Shown: positions 45,489 through 62,637, counted from the first letter of the stretch. The stretch is 64,000 bases of DNA from Antedon mediterranea (GCF_964355755.1 NC_092674.1:10540001-10604000), one strand, 5' to 3'. A program made the numbers and translations. The notes: generated from the sequence alone by a model not told the origin.

Positions 45489-46727
45489 TCAAAAGGTGTC
45501 TCTCGTGTGTACTTTCAAGTGCGTTTTCAAATTCCCACTTTGGTTAAATTTCTTTCCACAATGTTCACATTCATATGGTGTCTCTCCTGTGTGTACTCTC
45601 AAGTGCATCTTCAAATTCCCATTTTGTTTAAATTTCTTTCCACAATGTTCACATTCATATGGTGTCTCTCCTGTGTGTACTCCTCTCAAGTGCATCTTCA
45701 AACCCCAATTTTGTTTAAATTTCTTTCCACAGTGTTCACATTCATATGGTGTCTCTCCGGTGTGTATTCTCAGATGGTTTCTCAAATTTCCCATTTCTTT
45801 AAATTTCTTCCCACAATGTTCACATTCATATGGTGTCTCTTCTGTGTGTACTTTCAAGTGCATTTTCAAATTCCCACTTTCTTTAAATTTTTTCCCACAA
45901 TGTTCACATTCATATGGTGTCTCTCCTGTGTGTATTCTCAAGTGATTTTTCAAATTCCCACTTTGGTTAAATTTCTTTCCACAATGTTCACATTCATATG
46001 GTGTCTCTCCTGTGTGTACTCTCAAGTGCATCTTCAAATTCCCATTTTGTTTAAATTTCTTTCCACAATGTTCACATTCATATGGTGTCTCTCCTGTGTG
46101 TACTCCTCTCAAATGCATCTTCAAACTCCAATTTTGTTTAAATTTCTTTCCACAATGTTCACATTCATATGGTGTCTCTCCGGTGTGTATTCTCAGATGG
46201 TTTCTTAAATTCCCAACTTCTCTAAATTTCTTCCCGCAATGGGCACATTCATATGGTGTCTCTCCTGTGTGTACTTTTATGTGAGTTTTCAAATGCCCAC
46301 TGTGCTTAAATTTCTTACCACAATGTTCACATTCATATGGTGTCTCTCCTGTATGTATTCTCAAATGTCTTTTAAGATTGCTATTATGGTTAAATTTCTT
46401 CCCACAATGTTCACATTCATATGGTGTCTCTCCTGTGTGTATTCTCAAATGTCTTTTAAGATTGCTATTATGGTTAAATTTCTTTCCACAATGTTCACAT
46501 TCATAAGGTGTCTTTCCTGTATGTATTCTCAAGTGATCTTTCAAATGTCCACTTGTCTCTCCTGTTTTAAAATTCTTCCCGCAATGTTCATTTTCGTTTG
46601 TTTTAAAATCATCTTCATATGAAGTTGTCTCGTTGTAGTTTTCACACTCTTTTGTATGTATTCCTAAATGCACCTTCAAATAAATTAACTCAAATTTATC
46701 ACCACAATGTTCACATTTGTATTCCAT
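45489..46727 (-). CDS. C2H2 zinc-finger protein, 412 aa, 12 canonical fingers
   Basis: Long ORF with an internal 423-bp-period duplication. It ends HTRDTF* by a linker frameshift. Confidence 0.88.
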   Translation of the reverse strand: MEYKCEHCGDKFELIYLKVHLGIHTKECENYNETTSYEDDFKTNENEHCGKNFKTGETSGHLKDHLRIHTGKTPYECEHCGKKFNHNSNLKRHLRIHTGETPYECEHCGKKFNHNSNLKRHLRIHTGETPYECEHCGKKFKHSGHLKTHIKVHTGETPYECAHCGKKFREVGNLRNHLRIHTGETPYECEHCGKKFKQNWSLKMHLRGVHTGETPYECEHCGKKFKQNGNLKMHLRVHTGETPYECEHCGKKFNQSGNLKNHLRIHTGETPYECEHCGKKFKESGNLKMHLKVHTEETPYECEHCGKKFKEMGNLRNHLRIHTGETPYECEHCGKKFKQNWGLKMHLRGVHTGETPYECEHCGKKFKQNGNLKMHLRVHTGETPYECEHCGKKFNQSGNLKTHLKVHTRDTF

Positions 46728-46999
46728 GATGTTTTTCGTTCAATCTTGTAAAAACGTAGGGCCTATAACTGCATTAACAGTGTCTTTATTAGTATTTTGT
46801 GTGAAGAGCTCACAGTTATATTATATTAGCCTAGGTATGGCATCACAAAACCGGCGTAGGCCTCTAGGAGGAGGCTAGGCCTAGTAGTGTCGGAAATAAT
46901 CATTTTTTAGATTTTTATTTATTCGTAATCTATATTTAATAAACTTTAAAATAAGCCGTTGTTTATTAAAATTTGTTTATTATATGAAGAGTTATTAAT

Positions 47000-47400
47000 G
47001 AAAACATACCAGTCACTTTCTAGCTCAGGAATTCTTCATTTTGAAAAAAATCAACAATGAAGTAGCAACGCTCCCTCCGATTACCTGCCTGGGCCTCCTC
47101 CTACTAGCTAGCCTAGGCCTAGGCCTATAGGCCTAGCCCGCCGATCAAGGCGACAAGACTCTTTGTTAAAACTCGCTATTCTTCTCAATAACGGCAAACT
47201 AGTCGAAAATATATCACTGTGTGGTACATAATATTACAATAATTATGAATAAAAATAACGATTAAATTCCTAAATATTCACAAAATGTTGAAAAGTTCAT
47301 TCCAGAAACTACTACGGTGGAAGCCAAGCTGTTTTCATCGTCAACAAAAGCGTCAGCCAATCAGAGAGCGTAATTTATCTCTATAGCCAATCATCCAAGG
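47000..47400 (-). promoter_or_regulatory. Candidate promoter and non-coding first exon of the 45489-46727 gene
   Basis: Two CCAAT boxes (agccaatcaga ~47355, agccaatcat ~47385), a locally GC-richer segment, and a minus-strand donor-like G|GTATGT at ~47004-47010. Confidence 0.4.
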
Positions 47401-48122
47401 ATTCAGCATTTCTTGTTAACAATTTCAACAACCTAACACCTTTTTATTTATTTTTTTATATCGGTGGCACACATTATCAGTTAATGGTGCATCCATTTTA
47501 CAGACAAAATACAAATAACATAAGCTACAAAGTTCTAAATACTAACACATAACACCTTAATAAAACCAATTTCCATTGGCTAGATTTTAAAAAATCCCTT
47601 AGGTTGTTACAAATTATGGCAGGGCAGCAGTAACTGTACTTAGCAGTTTCTAATTTAAACAAGAAATATTTCTTACAAAAAACGCTGCTCGCTTATTGGA
47701 CGGAACAGTTTTAAGAGCAGTTGTCTATAAATATCGACCTAAAGGTGGCCAAGTAAAAAAAATAGATTTTCTTTAAAATTTGCACAATGAAAGTTGGTTG
47801 AAACATGCACAGATAAAAATATTGTTGATATCTGTATCTTGTTGCCATAGTAACGGCCATTTTAAAAATTACAGCATTTTCGAAATGTAGAGTAGACATT
47901 ACGCTATACATTGATATAAAGAATTAAATGTTTGAACAAGAAAAACTGTACTTATGGCTATTTTTTATCATACCCTACCCAAAATTGTTTAATAATCTAG
48001 AACTCAGTGTTTTGTTAACTTGTGTCCGTACATACAATTCATAGCTGTAAACATGTGCATAACGATGCTTAAATGAATCAGAGTATAGGCTTCATATATT
48101 ATATATGAGAATTGTAGGCCCA

Positions 48123-48555
48123 TAGTCCGGTGGCAGGAGGTGCGAAAGGGGACAACATTTTCCATCCAACTTTTCTACACCAGAATTTTTCGTCGGTTAT
48201 GAATATGGAAGGTAATCGATCAGGATAGGAAGCGTTTTCCAGATATAAGCGGTCAAAGTTCAAAATTGACCAATTACAACAATGTATATGTATTATAACA
48301 AATTTATTGAAGCACAATTTGGTCTTTTATTTGCATTTTTATGATTATAGGTATCTATTCAATTACCTTATGAAAAAAATCCCTTTGTGATTGAGGGTCA
48401 AATGTCAAAATGCCAAAAACTACTATTAAACAAAAATTGGATGTTTTCTCATTCTGTTAATCAATCATACGCAATGTAAAAGAGTGAATACATCATTTCA
48501 TCAGTTGACATAAGGTCAATTTCATCAGTGGACATAAGGTCAGAGGTCAAATCAA
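48123..48555. mobile_element. Solo end of the 33815-36024 Academ-type family
   Basis: Begins tagtccggtggcaggag and follows the inverse of ~35555-36024. Confidence 0.8.
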
Positions 48556-50399
48556 TATAATTATAATACTGTAATTAATCAAATCAGAGATAAAATGTTA
48601 CCCTGACCTTAAATAAAATAAACGGTTAAAGCGCAACTTATAAAATTCATTTTGCAGAACATGGTTGCAGGCTTGCAATATTCATTTTGAGGCAATATAA
48701 ATAATAAACTATATGATTTGATCTGCTTTGTTTATGAACAACAAATAGTACAACTAGTACGTCCAGAATATGTACATACCAACCTCAGTAAATAGATTAA
48801 TCCAGAACCCATGTACATGTAATGATTTTCTGGACTATCCAAACACCAGCCGGTGCACCAAAAGGGCATATTCTTGTATTGCTATCATTAAAATGATTCT
48901 AAAAGAGGTGATTAATGATGTTTTGAATTCTTTGAATAATATGTACGGTTTCAAATGGAAATATTACAATAATAAGCAGTGTCCTACTAAACATTAAAAT
49001 TTCTAGTGTCTTTTACAAAATATAAACATTTTCAAAAACATTGACCCAATTTATTTTTCGTCAGCGATAAAGCATTACAGCTTCGTATAATATAAGCATT
49101 TTTGGCTACAGATTTCATAATAATAAGTTTAAATATAATAAATCGAACGAACAAGAGTCAACTTTACACAAGAAAATACTAATCTTATTTAATATAATAT
49201 ATATTTTTTTATGAAAGTCTGTGTAAACAAAATGCTCTGTAAGCAGCGCATTCATTCATGTACAAATTCATTGGTGTCTCAACTCATCATCTCAAGTGCG
49301 TTTTTTTCCACTTTTTTCTTATGCAGGTAGATACTGCAGTACAACAATTGTTATGCCTGTGCCCAATAATACTTTACGAAAGGAGGAAGAAATCCGGCCC
49401 TATTTTTGATGGATATAATAGAAAATAAAGAATTGGACGCCGCCATCTTAAAAGAATGGTACGAATGTAAAGGGGATTTGTGTTTTGTATGTAACATTAG
49501 GGTTGAGGGATGGTGAAGAGAGTGGGTGCAAAGAGGAACAATTTTTAAATATATTCTTTATCCATTCAGTAACGAAATATTAATTGTGTTCATGTTTTAC
49601 AAATAATAGGCCTAACACTAAACACAGTAAAACATTGCGATTTAATACTTTGATTGAAATATAGTACATTGCATGTAACGATACACCACTACACCCCTGT
49701 TCGGGGAAAATCGTAAATTCCCTTTAATCGTCAATAAATAATTATCTAACTCAACTTAATTAGTAGGCCTATTGGTTATCAATTGTTTCTTAGAGCCAAT
49801 TCATACTTAAAAGTTGGTTCCTACCACCAAAGTTGTTCTGCCTTTAGGGCATTTGATCCTTCGTAGTGTAGGCCTTTCCTGCTGATCCTATATATACTGG
49901 CTTTACAACGCTACTCATGCCATAAAAGGGGTGGGGGAGGGGGGGGGGGAGGCTGGTGGTGGTTTAACTGCAATAAAAAAGTTGATCATATTATTGTGTG
50001 CGGGTATTTTTTCAAGATGCACATCCATTAGACAGTGTATACCACGATCGGAAAACACCCATATTTGGGGAAAATTGAACCTAAATTCGTTTTAAATGTC
50101 ATAACTAATTACCTAACTCAATTTCATTAGTAAACAGGGTTACATCGGGTGGTTAAAATCAGTAACGAAAGTACGAACCAATATATATATATTTATATAT
50201 CATCGAGTAAACATTCTAGAAGTAACGCGCGATTTACCGAATTTGCTCTTACGTAAATTTATATATAGATTCATACAATTCAATGTACATGATATACAAA
50301 ATATTACCACAACAACTTATTATATAACTTGCTTACAAATATCAAAAATCTATTTCTTGGTGATAGTGAGTTGTTTCTCCTGTATGTAGGCCTATTGTC

Positions 50400-51165
<766 letters not shown>

Positions 51166-51860
51166 GTAACAGTATCTTTATTATTTTGTGTGAAGAACTC
51201 ACAGACTGCAGTTTAATGCTAGCTGGTTGTTGTAAAAGGCGGTAATCCTCCCGGGTCCGCAAAATGCGATCCACTCGCGGACGTGCGCGAGCGACATTCC
51301 ATTGTAATTTTGGGGAGGGGAAAAATATAGCGTGAATCTTTAATGGAGATTTTGCACCTAAAAAAAAGGAATATTATTTTCTTTTCCCAATTTTGCACAA
51401 TAACATAAAATACTTCCTTCCTTAAAAAATACTCTTGTCCGATTGACAACGCAAAGTTGTATTTTTCTTTGAAGACTTTGAATAGGTCATTATTCTACTT
51501 TCGTAGAAAAGACCTGTTAAAAATTAATTTGTGACTTATAAAAAGACAAAATAAACCGTTAAATTCAACCAAAAGCCCAACTCCATCAATTTGAGTATTT
51601 TTTGTTTTAAATTATAGTTTTTTCCAGGGAATAAAAGTTTTTTCAGCTCAAATTGTTTGTCAAAGTGAATCCACTATTATGTGACATTAAAATGGCATAG
51701 GCCCTATTATAAAACAAGAAATATTTCTTACAAAATACGCTGCTCGCTTATTGAAAAATATTTTTTATTTCAAATGTTTTTGAATGTGTCATTTTATTGT
51801 CACATAGGCCTAATAGTTATTTTACCTGAAAAAATGTAATTTAAAACAACACATACTTAA

Positions 51861-52486
51861 AGACCCCTTCCCTGCAATTTTGGACGTTTTTTGGAAAATA
51901 ATACATATATATCACTTTAAAAACATTAAACCATGTCATTCCTTGTCTTAAATGTACGTTTTATGGTAAATTATGATAAAAAGTGAGAAACAATGCACTA
52001 CCTAGTAGCTCGCGGCGATCGACCTCTCGTTGGACGGTCTTAGGCCTAGCCTAGTTAGGCTTAGTTTTGTAGGCCTAGCTGGTAAACATCGGTAACGTAC
52101 GAACATCGTACACTAGCTATATACCTAGCCTGACGTTGTATAGTTGCTGCATTAATTGTCTTTCTATTTTTGCCAGACTCCGTTGATACAAATTGGGGAA
52201 AACCCGGTATTTTCGCTGAAAAGTTAGGAGTCTTCCATTTGTTTTGGCCTCACGATCAATCGAAAAGTGGGCGAATTACAGGTGAAAAACAAAAATATCA
52301 ATCCGCGCGCAATGCATTTTGGGATTTATAGCGGGCCGCTATAATTATTAGAATCGACTTATTTTTCACATTTTTAACCGTTTAAAGACGAAAAAAGTTA
52401 TCGCAATAGGACCATATAGTATTATTTTTACATTAAATATAGTTTGTGATCTTAAATTAGATCTAAAAAACGTAGGGAAGGGGGCT
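51861..52486. mobile_element. Kolobok-like MITE, TTAA TSD, ~14-bp imperfect TIR
   Basis: ttaa|agaccccttccctg ... tagggaagggggct|ttaa. A related inverted partial copy lies at ~63410-63800. Confidence 0.75.
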
Positions 52487-54069
52487 TTAAATTGTCTGTC
52501 AGACAATGGTTTTTGGGGTTCTTTTCTCTTTTTATATGTGAATAAATATTATTTTTTTGTTACAGAAGTGAATACTCAATTTCTGTCACTTTAGTTAATT
52601 TATTGCTAAGGTCAAGTCTGGGGGTCACTTCATCACCCTAGATATTTCAAGTTTGAAGTATCCTATTACAAACAGACTGTTTAGATAATAATTCAATGAA
52701 TATCTGACAGTGAATTACAGTCAAAAGTCAGTATTACAGTCAAATGGGACTCATAAATACCAGAAATGCTTTGGGATTTGTAATTTTAGCATGACATGTC
52801 CTAATAGACTCTTTTTCCAGACGTTTTTGGGTCTAGCACCTGGAAATCTATAAATTATAGTGGAGTTTCCATTTTCGCAAAACTGACAACTGATTGAGTA
52901 GTCCTAATGGGACGTAGCAGGCTAGAGCAGCCATGTAAAACATTATTTTCAGGGGTAAAATATCTTTAATATAAAAAATATTATTATTATTGAAGGTTTA
53001 TTTATTTAAAATCATAGCATTAGCTTTGGCTGTTGTTAAGCCAGGGACATTGTTTCTTGGTAATATATTGAAAAGACACCAATTCCCCAACCCCCGCCCT
53101 AATGTTGGGTCTTATATAAAATAGTTAAATTCGCAGATGACATTCACACATGTATCACAGGCACAATCTCTAACAATTATGAGAGCACTTACAGGATTGA
53201 CGATCACAATTTAATTAATTGGTGCATGGAGTAATTATTACTCCATGATTGCTGTGATAGAAGTTGTCTGAACATAAATGGATAGATGACAAAATGTCAT
53301 AGAATACTAACACCGACATGGTGTATGCGAAAGCCACCCAAAGACTGTACTTATTTTTATAAACTTAACTGTAACGTTTATTAATTAGGAGGCAAACAAG
53401 GTGCATACATTAGCCAGTGGTGCTAAAACCTTTGAACACTGGATTTATCGTACAACGAATAACGATTCACATCAAGTTGTGCAGTTAACATTTTCAAGAC
53501 GTTTACAATTGCGCAACGTGACTCTTTCGGGTATATTCTACTTTACTTCTGGAGAGGACAAAACAAGTGAGACGCATTGGATTGAAACTATTAACAACGT
53601 TTTCATTTAATATCAAATTATAAAATAATGTACAGTACTGTAGTTTCAACATCAGTTGACATGTTTATAGCAAACTTACTAGCATATTCTATTTAAAAAT
53701 TAAATAAAAGTTAAGTAGAACCAAGAGTAACCATTACTTAATATCTATAACATATCCAATGCAAAACTAATGATACAATGATAAAACAAGAACATTAACA
53801 ATTACTTCTGCAAAAGAAATCATATGTTTGTTTGATTTGATTTTAAAAAGAATTTGCAGATTTAAGTTTAGAAGTTGGTGACAAAGAAATTGAACAGCAA
53901 GCATAATATGTGAGGTACAACTAATGGTATGTACAGGCTCAGCTGTATTATAAATGTATGTACACAGTTTTAATGAATGTACATTATTATAAAGGAATGT
54001 ACATTCTAGTGCAAGTAATGTACAGTGTTCTAAATGTCTGCATAGTACTGTATTCTAAATGTATTTAGA

Positions 54070-56253
<2,184 letters not shown>

Positions 56254-57480
56254 TCATAAGGTTTCTCCCGTGTGTACTCTCAAATGCGTTTTCAAAGTCC
56301 CACTTTGTTTAAATTTCTTCCCACAATGTTCACATTCATAAGGTGTCTCTCCTGTGTGTATTCTCAAGTGCCTCTTCAAACTCCTATTTTGTTTAAATTT
56401 TATCCCACAATGTTCACATATATAAGGTGTCTCTCCTGTGTGTATTCTTAAATGTCTTTTCAAACCCCCACTTTCTTTAAATTTCTTCCCACAATGTTCA
56501 CATTCATATGGTGTCTCTCCTGTGTGTATTCTCAAGTGATTTTTCAATTTCCCACTTTCTCTAAATTTCTTTCCACAATGTTCACATTCATATGGTGTCT
56601 CTCCTGTGTGTAGTCTCAAGTGCATCTTTAAAGTCGCACTTTGGTTAAATTTCTTCCCACAATGTTCACATTCATAAGGTGTCTCTCCTGTATGTATTCT
56701 CAAATGTCTTTTAAAATCCTCAGTTTGTTTAAATTTCTTCCCACAATGTTCACAGTCATATTGTATTTCTCCTGCATGTACTCTCAAGTGCGTGTCCAAA
56801 CTCCCACTTTCTTTAAATTTCTTCCCACAATGTCCACATTCATATGGTGTCTCTCCTGTATGTATTCTCAAATTGCTATTTAGTTTAAATTTTTTCCCAC
56901 AGTGTTCAAATTCATTTGGTTTCTCTCCTTTGTGCATTCTCAAATGTCTTTTTAAATGCCCATTTTGTTTAAATTTCTTCCCGCAATGTTCACATTCAAA
57001 TGGTGTCTCTCCTGTGTGTACTCTCGAGTGCATTTTTAAACTCCCACTTTGGTTAAATTTCTTGCCACAATGTTCACATTCATATGGTGTCTCTCCTGTA
57101 TGTATTCTCAAATGTCTTTTGAAATTCTCATTTCGTTTAAATTTCTTCCCACAATTTTCACATTCATATGGTATCTCTCCTGTGTGTACTCTCAAGTGTA
57201 TTTCCAAACTCCCACTTTCTTTAAATTTCTTCCCACAATGTCCACATTCATATGGTGTCTCTCCTGTATGTATTCTCAAATTTTTTTTACAATGTCCAGT
57301 TTTGTTTCTTGGGTCTTCTTTGTCTACAATCACTAATTGTGTTTTAAAATCATCCTCGTGTAACATAGTATCTTGGTAGTATTCACATTTTAACTCGTCT
57401 CTCCGGTTATGTATTCCTAAATGTACCTTCAAATCACTGAACTCAAATTTATCTCCACAATGTTCACATTTATATTTCAT
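56254..57480 (-). CDS. C2H2 zinc-finger protein, 408 aa, divergent subfamily ([20 protein letters not shown]), ~11 canonical fingers
   Basis: ATG at 57480 in aacatcATG context, with a clear upstream acceptor ttattgctttacag. It ends TGETL* by a 1-bp linker loss. Confidence 0.88.
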   Translation of the reverse strand: MKYKCEHCGDKFEFSDLKVHLGIHNRRDELKCEYYQDTMLHEDDFKTQLVIVDKEDPRNKTGHCKKNLRIHTGETPYECGHCGKKFKESGSLEIHLRVHTGEIPYECENCGKKFKRNENFKRHLRIHTGETPYECEHCGKKFNQSGSLKMHSRVHTGETPFECEHCGKKFKQNGHLKRHLRMHKGEKPNEFEHCGKKFKLNSNLRIHTGETPYECGHCGKKFKESGSLDTHLRVHAGEIQYDCEHCGKKFKQTEDFKRHLRIHTGETPYECEHCGKKFNQSATLKMHLRLHTGETPYECEHCGKKFRESGKLKNHLRIHTGETPYECEHCGKKFKESGGLKRHLRIHTGETPYICEHCGIKFKQNRSLKRHLRIHTGETPYECEHCGKKFKQSGTLKTHLRVHTGETL

Positions 57481-57964
57481 GATGTTGGTTTTTTTGTTCA
57501 ATCCTTCAAAACTGTAAAGCAATAAAAACTAACATTTCACTAGATTGAAATTTAACCTATAATTTAATACTGCAGTAGTAACCTTGAAAAGAAGCCAATG
57601 GTCTTCTTCTTTTAGGGCTATTAATATGGGCTTCTTTTCAAGGTTACTTTTGCAAATAAAGAAGGTTGGCGGAGGAGGGTGCTTAATTTTTTTCGAAAAG
57701 TATTCCTGCTGCCATCCAATCAACAAAAATGGTTGTATCATTCCTATTCATCGTCAGACAACAAAATACCATACGGTGTGTGTGAGTTAGAAGCACATAG
57801 GTAATGCCAGTCAAAATGGCAATGAGAAGCAAATACCCACGGACATACTGGTACAGGCAATACCTCAAGGTAAATGCATTTGTCTGGCACAGCCTCAGCA
57901 ACGTGCTGCAGCAAACTCCCTTTGTACATTAGCAGTAATTTTTCCTCTTTTTAAAATAAATATA

Positions 57965-58257
57965 CCGTAAAACCTTGACAAAAAAGTCTCCTGGGATTCA
58001 ATTTTGGGATTCTTTTCAAGATAGACTATTTGAATATCAAAGTAACAACATGATTTAATGCATAATAACTTGTGATAGAGATAATGTAATTGAGTTATAT
58101 TGTACTAATGGCCATAACAGTAATAAAATGATAAACAGTGGGGTAGAATTCCTGACCTAATTGTCCATGTCCAACTCGGGCAGGTAAAGCCTATCTCGAA
58201 GTACACCTAAGAGCACTAAAAAAGAAGTCCATTGACTTCTTTACGAGGTTTTTACGG
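57965..58257. mobile_element. Tc1/mariner-type MITE, TA TSD
   Basis: ta|ccgtaaaaccttgacaaaaaagtc ... gacttctttacgaggtttttacgg|ta. A related end lies at ~14240-14308. Confidence 0.7.
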
Positions 58258-59197
58258 TATATGGTATATATGGTATAAATGCCATGTACTGTTCAAAATC
58301 ATATTTACATTATGTTTAAGTTTGTCAAACTGGGTACAACATAATATGTCTATCAAGAATCTCAATGTGAATTTTGGTATATAATTATGAACAACTGACA
58401 CGCCTTCGGTTTTTATTTCAAAACCTATTAAAAAAACCTAAAATAATTACAATAGATACAGGACGACCCAATTAATCCCTTCACAGAAGAAATTAGTTTC
58501 CATTGGCTTTAGCTCTGGATGTCATATTTGAAAGAAGTAAGGGAAATCGAATCTTTGTGAACAGGTTTTAAAGGGTTCCCACCAAAATTAATTTTCCTCG
58601 AAGTAGTCCAAAATCATATTGCCATATATAGAACAATTGTTAGTCCTTTTGCCATTCTCTACCGGTAGACATAAAAAAGAAAAGATGAAAAAGCTTTTTA
58701 ACATCTAAAATCTCTTATTATTATGATTTTAGTTACTGCAATATAAATTATGTCACAGTGGTAGTAGAATAATTAATCAAACTATACATTTGTCATAGAT
58801 GTTGGCATAACATTATTGTAATAATTATTGCAAAACACCTGTGTTGAACTAAACAACAGCTCTGAATTGATCAACAATAAAGCCTGTTTAGCCCATGCCT
58901 GCTGCCGTTTCCTACATTAGTTGTTGAAAACATGCTTTTTCAAATTCCCACTTTCTTTTTAAATTTTCTCCCACTATTCATAATTTAGATTCTCCTGTGT
59001 GTAACTGTAATCTATCTGTGTTTTCAAATGGCCATTTTGTTTCAATTTCTTTCCACAATGTTTACACATTCATAATATCTTTCCTGTGTGTGTACTCTCA
59101 ATTGCTTCTTCAAACTCCCAACTTTCTTTAAATTCCTTACCAAAATGTTCACATTCATAAGGTGTCTCTCCTGTGTATACTCTCAAGTGCGTCTTCA

Positions 59198-59449
<252 letters not shown>

Positions 59450-59534
59450 TTAAAATTCCAATTATGTTTAAATTTCTCTCCACAATGTTCACATTCATAT
59501 GGTGTTTCTCCTGTGTGTATTCTCAAGTGGTTTT

Positions 59535-60560
59535 TCAAATTTCCACTTTCTTTACATTTTTTGCCACAATGTTCACATTCATATGGTGTCTCTCCTGTGT
59601 GTGTACTCTCAAATGCATTTTAAAATTCCAATTATGTTTAAATTTCTTCCCACAATGTTCACATTCATATGGTTTCTCTCCTGTGTGTACTCTCAAGTGC
59701 CTTCTCAAATCGCTATTCCGTTTAAATTTCTTCCCACAATGTTCACATTCATAAGGTGTCTCACCTGTGTGTACTCTCATGTGTATCTTCAAACTCCCAT
59801 TTTGGTTAAATTTCTTTCCACAATGTTCACATTGATAAGGTGTCTCTCCTGTGTGTATTCTTAAGTGCGTTTTCAAATCGCTATTCCGTTTAAATTTCTT
59901 TCCACAATGTTCACATTCAAAAGGTGTCTCTCCTGTGTGTACTCTCAAATGCATCTTCAAATTCCAATTTCGTTTAAATTTCTTCCCACAATGTTCACAT
60001 TGATATGGTGTCTCTCCTGTATGTATTCTCAAATGTCTTTTGAAATTCTCATTTCGTTTAAATTTCTTCCCACAATTTTCACATTCATATGGTATCTCTC
60101 CTGTGTGTACTCTCAAGTGCATCTTCAAACTCCCACTTTTATTAAATTTCATCCCACAATGTTCACATTCATAAGGTGTCTCTCCTGTATGTATTTTCAA
60201 ATGCATCTTCAAATTCCCATTTCGTTTAAATTTCTTTCCACAATGTTCACATTCATAAGGTCCTGTATGTACTTTCAAATGATCTTTCAAATGCCCACTT
60301 TCTTTAAATCTCTTCCCACAATGTGCACATTCATAAACTGTTTCTCCTGTGTTTGTTTTTAAGTTCTTCCCACAATGTTCAATTTCATTTCTTGGGGTTT
60401 CTTTGTCTATTCTCACTAAATGCGTTTTAAAATATTCATATAATATCGTCTCTTGGTAGTGTTCACACTTTAACTCGTCTGTCTGTGTATGTATTCCTAA
60501 ATGCACCTTCAAATCACTGAATTCAAATTTATCTCCACAATGTTCACATTTATACTTCAT
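59535..60560 (-). CDS. C2H2 zinc-finger protein, 341 aa, 9 canonical fingers then a frameshift
   Basis: [20 protein letters not shown] start with upstream acceptor ttattgctttatag. A 2-bp gain in the CACACA linker gives HTQERHHM, and out-of-frame fingers continue to ~58920. Confidence 0.82.
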   Translation of the reverse strand: MKYKCEHCGDKFEFSDLKVHLGIHTQTDELKCEHYQETILYEYFKTHLVRIDKETPRNEIEHCGKNLKTNTGETVYECAHCGKRFKESGHLKDHLKVHTGPYECEHCGKKFKRNGNLKMHLKIHTGETPYECEHCGMKFNKSGSLKMHLRVHTGEIPYECENCGKKFKRNENFKRHLRIHTGETPYQCEHCGKKFKRNWNLKMHLRVHTGETPFECEHCGKKFKRNSDLKTHLRIHTGETPYQCEHCGKKFNQNGSLKIHMRVHTGETPYECEHCGKKFKRNSDLRRHLRVHTGEKPYECEHCGKKFKHNWNFKMHLRVHTQERHHMNVNIVAKNVKKVEI

Positions 60561-60774
60561 GATGTTGGTTTTTTTCGTCCATTCTTAGAAAACTATAAAG
60601 CAATAAAGCAATGAGATATTACCCCTATAGATTAATACCGTAGTAGTAACCTTGAAAAGAAGCTCATGGGCTTCTTTTGTTAGAGCTCTTAGGTAGCTTT
60701 TTAAGATGGGCTTCTTTTCGAAGTTACTTTTGCAACTTAAAAAGAAAAGGGAAGGGGGTGGGGACATTGCAAAT

Positions 60775-61320
60775 ATCTTTCACCTCCAGCTAAATTTGCC
60801 CTTTATACCTCATTAATTACTCCATCCTTAGACATCTGTTCTGTTATCTACAACTCAATATTCCAAATTCATGCCACAAGAATCGATTTGATTCATACTA
60901 AATTCATAAAGTTCCTCGGCTCAGCAGCCGGTTCTCTCAACACCAGCACACGAACCGACATGATTTTTCTTTTTAAATGCCTAAATTCAAAGTTTCATTG
61001 TAAATTTGTCTCTCAATTTCATTTTTTTGTCCCTGTGCGTAAACTTCGTATTAATAATCTTTTAAAAGTGCAGTTTTCTCGTGTTAATGTATGAAAAACG
61101 GTATATTTTGTTGGGTTGCTCATTCATATAATAGTCTATAGTTCAAATGTTTCCTTACATCGATGTTTTTAGTTGTAATACTTCTGCTTTTAATATCATT
61201 TTTAATAATTTATATAAATCTGTTTGTTCCTTGTTTATGTAAATCTAATGTATATTTTATGGCGATCCTGTTTTGGTGGTTTTTCTTTACACTGTTGGAT
61301 CTTGAATAAATAAATAAATT
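60775..61320 (+). mobile_element. Decayed 3' end of a CR1-like LINE
   Basis: ALYTSLITPSLDICSVIYNS...RIDLIHTKF...DMIFLFKCLN resembles the CR1 ORF2 C-terminus; (aata)n tail at ~61305-61318. Confidence 0.65.
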
Positions 61321-61645
61321 AATTCTTTTCAAATGAATCCTGTCATGCAAGAAATACGGCTGTCTTCACGTTTCTCTTCATCATCAAACATAGAAATACC
61401 AGACAGCGTGCGTGAATTAGAAACAAAAAAGTAACAACAGTTGTCGCGAAATGACTGAGAAACAAATATCCACAGACATAATGGTACAGGCAATATCGAG
61501 GTAAGTGCATTACCGCGAATCTTTTAAATTTGTAACCCTGGGTTATTATTCTTTGATTGTTTTTGCGCTGCGGCTCTAGCCAGCTATGTCCCATGAGAAT
61601 ATATTCATTAATAAGCTGTTTCATAGCGGTAGCTTTAGTATCTAA

Positions 61646-62637
61646 GGGTATGTTCAGACCTACGGAGTTATGCTTTCGTATCACAGCCAAGGTCATATTT
61701 TAATGAGCGTCGTAAGAGCAAAGTGTTCAGATTCATTGCAACGAAGTTGCGTTACAAACTGATATGATGTCACTCGCTGGCGATTAACCAAACTCTAACG
61801 TACGCATAGACCTACCTTCGTTGTTATTAAAAGTAGTAGTGGTTGGTTTAGGAGTTACAGGCCTAGACCGAACACTTGAGCTCGGCATTATCGATTGGTT
61901 GTCAGGCATACCAACCAGCCGATCGTTTTGGGGTTTGGGTTTATATTTTTTTATATTGACCTAAAATATTATTTATGGCAGAAAAATGTTCAAATCCCGT
62001 ACTTGCACCGGCTCCAGATTTATTTACTTTCTTTCGCCGCTTTATACGACGACCCCTTCAATTTCGTTTGGATATTAAATCCTTCTTTATGAGGATGGCC
62101 CATCTGCTAACGTGTCCGCCATGTCGTTGAACACAGACATCTTGTTGCCGCCGGTGCTTTTACGCCAGTTTTTCACTTCCAACCGATCTCTGAACTCAGG
62201 GCTTCCCCACAATGAAATAAGGTATTTTACTGCGGTTTCTCGCCAATGCGCGCGCTTTGATGACATTTTAAATTAATTAATATAATAATACAGTAATAAT
62301 ACTGTATAGTGTAACAACAAAAGGTATGATTTTTTCGCACGTTCACCGATCACAACAAATGGATCAGCTTGGCTATACGATGAGGAGCACATGTCACGAT
62401 GTGATGTGGCGAATATTGTAATTTGATTGGCTAGATATCTAACCTAGGTCATATTCATCGATGCGTGACTTTCGTATTGTAAGCGACGTCCACTAAACTC
62501 ATACCTTGAGCTTTCGTAGCATACGAAATATCAGTGTCGTACGAGGTGGCTTCCACTTATCTTTTCCTGGTTCAGACCTATGGACTTGTACGCCGCATAC
62601 AATACGAAAGCATAACTCCGTAGGTCTGAACAGGCCC
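61646..62637. mobile_element. PIF/Harbinger-like MITE, ~36-bp TIR
   Basis: taa|gggtatgttcagacctacggagttatgctttcgtat ... atacgaaagcataactccgtaggtctgaacaggccc|tga. Confidence 0.78.

Noticed and set aside
58270-58700. Coding-looking stretch on the minus strand
   Set aside because: Stops in the frames examined and no recognisable motif.
61646-62637. GGG...CCC-ended MITE as the source of the TAGGCCTA footprints
   Set aside because: Its flanks are 3-bp TAA/TGA (PIF/Harbinger type), not a TA duplication, so it does not fit the footprint structure.
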